Source: an uncultured Clostridia bacterium (GTDB taxonomy: Bacteria; Bacillota; Clostridia; Christensenellales; UBA1242). From it: a stretch of 64,000 nucleotides of DNA. A program made the translations under genes and the position numbers. A model generated the notes under the pieces. The model made no database searches. It was not told the DNA's origin and was given only the letters and a program-made list of their open reading frames with translations. This document shows, piece by piece, positions 41,468 to 48,683 of the stretch (positions within the stretch are counted from its first letter, which is position 1; the number at the start of each line of letters is the position of its first letter). The stretch lies in the NCBI GenBank assembly GCA_944383275.1, contig CALWOV010000003.1:29827-93826 (forward strand). The letters are read 5' to 3'.

Positions 41468-42938
41468 AGTCTTCTCCGTTGAACAACTTTTCTATTTTGT
41501 TTTTTAATCTTAGTCTATATCTATTTTGTTTGGAAATTAATTTATCTTTATGTTTTTGTATGCTTGTTTTTATGGTTGCAATTTTAGGAACTTCAGGTCT
41601 TGACATAACATAATATCTTAATTCATCTAAAGCGTGGTCATCTTTTTTTATTGGAGCATCATCGTTACCCCACCAATATGCTTTAATTTCTCTTATTAAG
41701 TTTACACAATTTTTAAAAATGAAAAGTTTTGTTACGCCATCGCTAGAACGCAATAAACTTTTCACTCTTGATATTCCTGAAAACAAATCTTTATTAACAT
41801 TGGTATTCACATTAATTCCATATTCATAAAACAACTCTGCCACACTTTTACTGCTTGCTAAAGTTTTTTGGTTTGCGGCAGAATCTATTAACGCCGAGAT
41901 TTTTCCATTAAAAGTTTTCCATTTAAGTTTTTTACAAATTTCTTTTATACAAATTGAATGTTCTTCAACCGTTTTGTTTGAAGCATAATGTTCGGCAATT
42001 ACATAAATATTTCCATCATAATCAACAGCATACCAATGCGCACTTAATGGGTTATGAAGGCCTGGGTCGATTGAAATATTATCATACCAATCAATAGGAA
42101 CTTCGAATGGTTCTATAACGTGAATTGCTGGGTCAAACTCGTTATAAACCATTCCACCATGCCCAACAAATTTTCCATACCTTCTACTATCCAACTCATC
42201 TTCAGACAATAACCTTGACATCTCTTCAATTTCATTTTTATCAAGATAAGGGTTATCTGCCCATTCCATATTTATCGTCCAAATTTGTGGGTCTTGTTTT
42301 TTGTTTAAATATATTTCTTCATAAACCCAAGTTAAGCCTTTAAGTGGTGTCATCGTTCCAAATATTTCACCTTTTCTATCTAGAACACGCATTTTACATT
42401 CAAGATAAATATCATAGGGTGGTTCTTCGTCAAACCAAACAAAATCTAAACTTGTTCCTTGAAATTTTTCTCTACCTTGGTCGCAACTTTTAAATGCTAT
42501 TTTACTTAAACTTCCAAAAACATTTCTTATTAATATATAGTCAATTACACCATTTTCTGGGTCATCTTTTCTTCCTGACAACATAATTATTTCGACTATC
42601 CAATCGGGATTTAAAAAGGATAAAATTTTCTGTTGAGCAACATCTCGTTGAACCTGTGTGCTAAGCGATACTACCCAGCAACTTATTGGTTTGTTTTTTC
42701 TAAACGGGTGATTTCCTCTTGCAAGCCAAACGGTTTCTGCTGCACCGCACTGACTTTTACCACTTCGGTTTCCACCAAATACCCACCTATTTTTTGATAA
42801 GCATTTATGAAATTCGATTTGCTTTAAATGAATTTTATCACCAGTGTTATAGTTTTTCATTCGGTCATTATTGATTCTGCGTTGCTGTTCATTTTCAATT
42901 TTTTTTATTTCTAAAACTATGTTGTTTAAGTCATACAT
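41460..42938 (-). CDS. terL: Phage terminase large subunit
   Basis: Walker A GGNRSGKS, Walker B LDFVWFDEEP, C-terminal RNaseH-like nuclease region (SIDPG ... DDHALDELRY); RBS AAGGAGAA. Confidence 0.9.
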   Translation of the reverse strand: MYDLNNIVLEIKKIENEQQRRINNDRMKNYNTGDKIHLKQIEFHKCLSKNRWVFGGNRSGKSQCGAAETVWLARGNHPFRKNKPISCWVVSLSTQVQRDVAQQKILSFLNPDWIVEIIMLSGRKDDPENGVIDYILIRNVFGSLSKIAFKSCDQGREKFQGTSLDFVWFDEEPPYDIYLECKMRVLDRKGEIFGTMTPLKGLTWVYEEIYLNKKQDPQIWTINMEWADNPYLDKNEIEEMSRLLSEDELDSRRYGKFVGHGGMVYNEFDPAIHVIEPFEVPIDWYDNISIDPGLHNPLSAHWYAVDYDGNIYVIAEHYASNKTVEEHSICIKEICKKLKWKTFNGKISALIDSAANQKTLASSKSVAELFYEYGINVNTNVNKDLFSGISRVKSLLRSSDGVTKLFIFKNCVNLIREIKAYWWGNDDAPIKKDDHALDELRYYVMSRPEVPKIATIKTSIQKHKDKLISKQNRYRLRLKNKIEKLFNGEDYE

Positions 42939-43020
42939 TTTATTCTCCTTAAAGAATTATCAACAAAAAACTTATTTAATTTATATTTTTTCTTCAAATT
43001 AGGTTTAATTTTGCAATAAA

Positions 43021-43056
43021 AAACAATAATTGCACATGAAAGCACAATTATTGTTT
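43021..43056. promoter_or_regulatory. 12-bp-stem inverted repeat between terL and the divergent gene
   Basis: AAACAATAATTG-N12-CAATTATTGTTT. On the minus strand it is followed by TTTATTGC (terminator-like), about 85-120 nt upstream of the terL start. Confidence 0.4.
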
Positions 43057-43905
43057 GATAAAATTAAACAAGGTGATATTATGATAAAAGTTTTAGTTTT
43101 TGTTTTATTTTTATTATTTTGTATGCCAACACAATATGGCGTGGTGAATGCTGAAGAATTATATACCCCTTCTTATTATAGAATTGAAAGTTCTAACTGT
43201 TTATTATATCGCACAGAACAAGATAATCAAGATATTTCAAATGTTTGGTTTTTATTACCCAAAACATATTTTGTTCAAGTTCTAGATGAAAGTGATGAAC
43301 TGTTTTTTAAAGTTAAGTATCAAGATTTTATAGGTTATGTTTTTAAAACAGATGTTTCAGCTGTTTATGAAACGCCACAATATCCTTGGGCTGATAATTT
43401 AACTTTTGATATAAATGGAACAGCAAATGTTGTTATTCGTTCAGCACCGTCAAGTGATAGTGCATATTTAGGGCTAATTCCATTTAATGCAACAAGTGTT
43501 ACTTATCACGGAAGCATTGTTGGAGATGAAGCACTAAGTGGGCTTGGCAATTCTTGGTATTTTGCGACTTACACAAGTTTTGAACAAGGAATTATAAGTG
43601 GTTATGTTTATGCGCCTTTAACTCAAAATTTAACAGTAATTCAAGATAATACTGAAGTTCTTAGCACAGTAAAGCCATCTAGTGGAAGTGAAATCATTGA
43701 TGAAGTTATTTCGCCAGAACTGCAAAATGGTCAAAATTTATTGATTATTGGTTTATTAAGTTTAGTTGGAATTGCTATTTTACTTTTACTGTTTAGACCA
43801 AAACGCAAATCAAAAAAAGCAAAGCAAAGCGTTAAAGGAACACAACTAAATCAATCAAATAACAATAAACAATTTTTAACATTTGATGAAAGTGATAATT
43901 TTTGA
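43030..43905 (+). CDS. Secreted, C-terminally membrane-anchored protein with two SH3b-like domains
   Basis: Probable start at 43081 (MIKVLVFVLF signal peptide). Two SH3b-like segments, a C-terminal TM helix and a basic tail (RPKRKSKKAK). Confidence 0.5.
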   Translation: MHMKAQLLFDKIKQGDIMIKVLVFVLFLLFCMPTQYGVVNAEELYTPSYYRIESSNCLLYRTEQDNQDISNVWFLLPKTYFVQVLDESDELFFKVKYQDFIGYVFKTDVSAVYETPQYPWADNLTFDINGTANVVIRSAPSSDSAYLGLIPFNATSVTYHGSIVGDEALSGLGNSWYFATYTSFEQGIISGYVYAPLTQNLTVIQDNTEVLSTVKPSSGSEIIDEVISPELQNGQNLLIIGLLSLVGIAILLLLFRPKRKSKKAKQSVKGTQLNQSNNNKQFLTFDESDNF

Positions 43906-44460
43906 TTACTTGTCAAAATAAACTGATTGTAAAATTGGATTTTTAAATTTAATTTTTTGAATATTGGTTTCAATTTTCAAATTATGATATTTACTTGAAA
44001 GTTTGCTTACATTATCATTATACATTCCAATAAGCCAACTTTCTTTTGCAAACATTTTTTCTAAAACATTATAAGAATAACCATTTTTAATAAAAAAATC
44101 TACAGCCATATCAAGCCCTTTATTAATTCTTCGCTGTAAAGTTCTTCGGCTTAAATTAAAAATTTTTGCAATATCTACCTGCGAATAGCAATCTATAAAA
44201 AACAAAACCAATAGTTTTGAAAATTCTGGGTCAATAAAATTTAAGCAATCATCTACTAGCGATTTTATTAACAACAAATTCTTTTTTCTTTCAATTAAAT
44301 TGATAATGGTTTCAGTTAATTCCAAAGTATCATCATAGCCATATGTATGCAAATGAGACATTATACTTTGCTCGTTAACCCTGTTATCTATTGCCTTATT
44401 TACCATATTAACAATGTTATAAGATTGTAAAATAGTTTTTAACCACAATCTTCCTTTCAT
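43906..44460 (-). CDS. Sigma-70 region-4 / ArpU-like transcriptional regulator
   Basis: 184 aa. The segment LLVLFFIDCYSQVDIAKIFNLSRRTLQRRINKGLDMAVDFF resembles the region-4 HTH of small phage late regulators and group-5 sigma factors. Confidence 0.5.
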   Translation of the reverse strand: MKGRLWLKTILQSYNIVNMVNKAIDNRVNEQSIMSHLHTYGYDDTLELTETIINLIERKKNLLLIKSLVDDCLNFIDPEFSKLLVLFFIDCYSQVDIAKIFNLSRRTLQRRINKGLDMAVDFFIKNGYSYNVLEKMFAKESWLIGMYNDNVSKLSSKYHNLKIETNIQKIKFKNPILQSVYFDK

Positions 44461-44624
44461 TTTACTCCCCCTTTTTTGTAAAAAAATAAATCACATTATA
44501 AAAAATCGCACAAAGGCATTACATTTCTGCATATTACTATATCAATTCGACATTTGTCAATACTCCTGCGCTATATTTTTGTAAAATATTTTACAAAATT
44601 AATTAATTTTTTGTTCAATTTTTT

Positions 44625-44647
44625 AGAACATATGTTCGATTATAGCA
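44625..44647 (-). promoter_or_regulatory. LexA (Cheo) box next to an extended -10 promoter facing the regulator gene
   Basis: AGAACATATGTTCG (44625-44638) matches 13 of 14 positions of CGAACATATGTTCG. On the minus strand it is directly preceded by TGCTATAAT (44639-44647). Confidence 0.6.
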
Positions 44648-44862
44648 TATCAAATATGACATCTAGCGTCAAATTTAATTTAAAGAGATAAAATTTTAAA
44701 AACTTTTTTATTTGAATTTTTAAATTATAATTTTAAGAGAAATTTTTAAATATTAACCTAAAATTTATCAATAAATTTTAAGTAAAAATTTTGTCCAAAA
44801 TATTATTAATATGTTTGAAAAAAACGAAAATTCTGCTATAATATATAATTAGAGGTAAACTT

Positions 44863-46773
44863 ATGAAAAAATCAAACATATTTTTCTTCAGTTTGTTGGC
44901 AATTCTTTTACTTCCCTTTACGCTTTTTGCAAATAATAATCAACAAGGTTCAGTTTCTGCTGCACCAAGTTTTTCTATTACTGTTACCGATATTGCAAGC
45001 ACAGAAACACCACCTTCTGTTGACACAATAAATTATCAAGATATAGAATTTGCATATGATACAATTTATGTAACAGATAAAATAACCAACTCAAAAATTT
45101 TTACTTATTCTGTTAATAATGATTATGCAAAACAGGAAATTTCCGTTTTTAGTAGTGATGAAAACTTTTTTCCTGTTAAGATTGCTTTAAACCTTAATGA
45201 ACAATCTTTATATTACACTTCTTTAAGTAATGTAGGAATTTATAAAACAGACACTGAAGGACATTACAATTTAAAAACATTTTTAGAGCCTTCGTTAGAA
45301 AATTCTAGTTTTATTCAGGTTGACATAACAAATGTTTATGACTTAGATTGTTCTGATGATGGTTCAATTTTTGCTATTGCAAGAAGTTTTAATGGTCAAG
45401 ATATTTTGGTTTACAAAACTAAAACAGATACTTTCTTTAACTTAATATGCTTTATTCAAGATTTACCTTCACCATATAACGAATTAGTTTTTAATGATAA
45501 CAGCCATATAGAAGTAAGTTCTGATAAAAGTTTCATAACAATTTCAGTAAACAACACCATTTTTACCCTTAATATGAATGGCGAAATTATTGAAAATAAA
45601 TTTAGTTTACCAGAAAGTTTAGACTTAATTTGCGATATTGAATTTGATTGGCAAAACAATCTTGTTATATTAACAAAAGGAACTTATAATAAAATTATTC
45701 TAGCAACTGAAACAGAATATTCCGTTTTTGATGATTTAAACAATTTATTATCTAAAATTAATGCTTTTTGTCTTGATAATGAAAATGGAATTATGTATGC
45801 TTGTAACTACTATACTGTTTTGAAAATTACCATTAACAATGAAGTATCAAACTTTTTTTCAACTATTTCAAAGCAAATTAAACCAGATTTAAGAAACTAT
45901 ACGCTTACCGATGTTTGTCAAATACTTAATGTTAATGATGATACTTTGGTTTATGAAAATGAAAGTTTACATATGTTAAACTGCAAACCTGCTTCTAGTT
46001 TAATTTTAATTGAAGATAACCCTAATTCACTATATTATTACGTATTAATTAACGATTATGAAATTTTTGATAATAACATAATATTAAGTCAACAAATTCG
46101 AACTTTAGCACCAGAAAAAATTGAACTTAACACTGGTTATGTTCTTAAAACTGAAGTTACTTTTGCAGAAAAACAAGAACCAGACCAAGAATTAACACAA
46201 GTTAGAACTATTTTTCCTAATACCCCTGTTTACAGATTTCCAACCACAAAAGAAGATGGAAATGGTGAAATAATTGTTACTGTTATAGAAAGAAGCACGC
46301 AAAACCCTAACCCTATTCTTCCAATTTTGGCAACTGCAGAAATTCCACTTGATGATAATAATGTTGATTTTTATGCTATTCAATATGGTTCAATTATTGG
46401 ATACATAGACAAAAACAGCGTGATTGCATCAGACAATGTTCCACTTGAATTTAAGTTTTATCCAACAGGAAAAATTACTGAAGATACAAATATATATGCC
46501 GACTCTGGACTTATTAATTTTACAACTGAAATAACAAAGGATAAAGAAGTTCAAGTGGTTGAAGAACAAAATGGTGTTGCAAAAATTTATTGGCTTGAAC
46601 AAGGTGTTTTGTTCGTTGGTTTTGTTAATATGAATTATATTGATGATGGCAACCTTACAACAGCCCAAGTGGTTGGCATAAGTTTAATGGCTGGTGCTGT
46701 TGCTATTGCAATAATTATACTTTGCGTTGAATGTTATAGAAGAAAACGCAAGAAGAAAAAAGAAAATGTTTAA
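44863..46773 (+). CDS. Secreted repeat/beta-rich protein with C-terminal 2x SH3b-like domains and membrane anchor
   Basis: Signal peptide (MKKSNIFFFSLLAILLLPF), 636 aa, C-terminal TM helix and a RRKRKKKKE tail; the C-terminal architecture matches the 43081-43905 protein. Confidence 0.5.
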   Translation: MKKSNIFFFSLLAILLLPFTLFANNNQQGSVSAAPSFSITVTDIASTETPPSVDTINYQDIEFAYDTIYVTDKITNSKIFTYSVNNDYAKQEISVFSSDENFFPVKIALNLNEQSLYYTSLSNVGIYKTDTEGHYNLKTFLEPSLENSSFIQVDITNVYDLDCSDDGSIFAIARSFNGQDILVYKTKTDTFFNLICFIQDLPSPYNELVFNDNSHIEVSSDKSFITISVNNTIFTLNMNGEIIENKFSLPESLDLICDIEFDWQNNLVILTKGTYNKIILATETEYSVFDDLNNLLSKINAFCLDNENGIMYACNYYTVLKITINNEVSNFFSTISKQIKPDLRNYTLTDVCQILNVNDDTLVYENESLHMLNCKPASSLILIEDNPNSLYYYVLINDYEIFDNNIILSQQIRTLAPEKIELNTGYVLKTEVTFAEKQEPDQELTQVRTIFPNTPVYRFPTTKEDGNGEIIVTVIERSTQNPNPILPILATAEIPLDDNNVDFYAIQYGSIIGYIDKNSVIASDNVPLEFKFYPTGKITEDTNIYADSGLINFTTEITKDKEVQVVEEQNGVAKIYWLEQGVLFVGFVNMNYIDDGNLTTAQVVGISLMAGAVAIAIIILCVECYRRKRKKKKENV

Positions 46774-46790
46774 TTTAATATTTGACAACT

Positions 46791-46835
46791 AAAAAAGAAC
46801 GTTATCAATTTTGATAACCTTCTTTTTTGTTTATT
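46791..46835. terminator. Bidirectional rho-independent terminator
   Basis: AGAACGTTATCAA-TT-TTGATAACCTTCT hairpin with one mismatch, flanked by A6 upstream and T6 downstream. Confidence 0.7.
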
Positions 46836-46880
46836 TTTATAATTTAACAAATTAAATTTTTAATAATATATTGTTTAATG

Positions 46881-46943
46881 TGCTAAAAATTTAAAATTAA
46901 AATTTCTACGACACATAAAGTTTTATGACACATAAAGTTTTAT
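46881..46943. repeat. Conserved ~40-nt motif plus perfect 17-bp tandem duplication
   Basis: TGCTAAAAATTTAAAATTAAAATTTCTACGACACATAAAG recurs at 62910-62946; GACACATAAAGTTTTAT is repeated twice in tandem (46910-46943). Confidence 0.6.
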
Positions 46944-47000
46944 TTATATTGAAAAAGTCAATCATTATTATAACAACTTATTTATTTTTATTAAATAATT

Positions 47001-47726
47001 TTATATTTCATAAGAACTAAAATTGTGGTGCAATGGCATTTCTATATCATAATGGTCAACGCCTTTATCTAGAACACGGTCAACATTGTTTTCGGTTGAA
47101 ACTTTACCAACAGATACTTCGAATGCTGTTCTTGTTTCAATATCGTTTTCATTAATTCTTTTTTGATATTGACGACTTTGAATTCTACCTGTTAAATATA
47201 TTTTTTCACCAACAGAAAGTTCACTTACAAATTTTGCATTACGCCCCCAAGCAATGCAAGGGAGATAATCTGATTTATTGTAGGCACGATTTACTGCAAG
47301 CAAAACATCACAAATTTCACGCTTGAATGGTGTTGTTCTAAAAATTGGTTCTTTACAAACATAACCAACTAATTCAATTATATTTGAATTAAGATTAGGA
47401 ATTGGTTCGCAAATTTCTCGAACAAAAACAGTAAGCATAAGTTTACTTTTCCCATCTACCATTTTATTGTAACTTCTAAACTGCCCTTTTACTGCTATTT
47501 GTGTTCCTATTGCCATATTTTTTTCTGCAAACAATCTTTCTGACACAGTTATTGGAATTATATCGCATTGTTCAGAAAGTCTTGGCACTTCTAGATTTAT
47601 ATCATAAAATCCTTCCCCATAAATTTCGTGGCTGAAAACTGGTTCACACACAATTTTCCCACATAAATAAACTCTGTTGTTTGTTGATAATTCAAAATTC
47701 ATAAAAAATTTTCCCCCGTTTTTCAT
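47001..47726 (-). CDS. SSB-like protein with two OB-fold domains
   Basis: Two segments with the SSB pattern (NRVYLCGKIV.EP...; NIIELVGYVCKEPIFR...LAVNR...CIAWGRNAKFV...GEKIYLTGRIQSRQY). Probable start at 47702 (MNFELST). Confidence 0.55.
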   Translation of the reverse strand: MKNGGKFFMNFELSTNNRVYLCGKIVCEPVFSHEIYGEGFYDINLEVPRLSEQCDIIPITVSERLFAEKNMAIGTQIAVKGQFRSYNKMVDGKSKLMLTVFVREICEPIPNLNSNIIELVGYVCKEPIFRTTPFKREICDVLLAVNRAYNKSDYLPCIAWGRNAKFVSELSVGEKIYLTGRIQSRQYQKRINENDIETRTAFEVSVGKVSTENNVDRVLDKGVDHYDIEMPLHHNFSSYEI

Positions 47727-48487
47727 TTCTTTTTCTGCACGCCTGCTCGGTCTATTTCGTAATTATCGTGCAATACAAGGTTTCCCACATTGGTAACTTT
47801 ATAACCCTGCATTTTTAATCTTTCTAAAATTACAGGCAATGCTTCTAATATATGATCTGAGTTATTATGAAACAAAATAATGGAACCTGATTTAACTTTA
47901 CTCATAACTCGATTTGTTATTTCCGTTGCACTGATTCCTTTCCAATCAAGAGAATCTACATCCCACTGAATTGTTTGCATACCCAAACTTTCGGCAGTAT
48001 CTATAAGAGTGTTATTGTAACTTCCAAAAGGTGCACGGAATAAAGAAATTTCTGTTGGAACAATATTGTTAACTAGTTCTATACATTTAGATAATTCCAA
48101 CTCCATTTGATTTTGCGTCAGTTTAACCATATCTGGATGAGTGTTGCTGTGATTGCCAATTTCCATACCTGCATCAGCAATCGCTTTTACCATTTCTGGA
48201 TATTTTTCTACCCAAAAGCCCACCAAAAAGAAAGTTGCTTTTGTGTCATATTCTTTTAGAATATCTAAAATCCCTTGTGTTTTATCTGCGCCCCAAGCCG
48301 CGTCAAACGAAATAGCCACAGTTTTTTCTTCTATTTCAACTGAATATATTGGCACTTTTCTTAGATTATCTCCGAAAAAAACAGAAGCCGCCACATTTTC
48401 ACCCAAAGGTATTGCCAGCAGCGCGCACGCCAGCAATAATCCTGCGCTGAAAAGTAACACTGATTTTTTTAACACAATAAACTTCAT
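47723..48487 (-). CDS. Polysaccharide deacetylase (NodB family, PdaB-like)
   Basis: N-terminal TM/signal segment; NodB motifs (SFDAAWG, HSNTHPDM, LFRAPFG). Confidence 0.8.
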   Translation of the reverse strand: MKFIVLKKSVLLFSAGLLLACALLAIPLGENVAASVFFGDNLRKVPIYSVEIEEKTVAISFDAAWGADKTQGILDILKEYDTKATFFLVGFWVEKYPEMVKAIADAGMEIGNHSNTHPDMVKLTQNQMELELSKCIELVNNIVPTEISLFRAPFGSYNNTLIDTAESLGMQTIQWDVDSLDWKGISATEITNRVMSKVKSGSIILFHNNSDHILEALPVILERLKMQGYKVTNVGNLVLHDNYEIDRAGVQKKK

Positions 48488-48637
48488 GTCTCATCCTCTC
48501 TCCATTTTAATTTTTATTTTAAAAAATAGCCACTAAAAAACCTGTAATTTTATATAACAATAAGTCAAATTTTGCGATAAATGTCGATTTGCTCCGACTT
48601 AAATTATTTCTATGCTTTTATATAAAACTTAATGACA

Positions 48638-48678
48638 AAAAAGCAAAATAAAAAGAGAGTTATTTTTTTAACTCTCTT
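48638..48678 (-). terminator. Rho-independent terminator after parC
   Basis: AAGAGAGTTA-A7-TAACTCTCTT hairpin followed on the minus strand by TTTATTTTGCTTTT. Confidence 0.7.
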
Positions 48679-48683
48679 AAATT

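Larger units (their letters stand above)
31072..42938 (-). mobile_element. Phage-derived head, packaging and adaptor gene cluster (incomplete prophage or domesticated particle locus)
   Basis: Colinear TerL, small protein, portal, scaffold, 2x MCP, adaptor and three structural ORFs, tightly packed and with coupled stops and starts. No integrase, replication or lysis genes are recognisable within 10 kb either side. Confidence 0.7.

Noticed and set aside
31072-46773. Intact inducible prophage
   Set aside because: No integrase or excisionase, CI/Cro-type switch, replication genes, tape measure, holin or endolysin could be recognised. No flanking direct repeats (att) were found by eye. The region is treated as a remnant or domesticated cluster instead.
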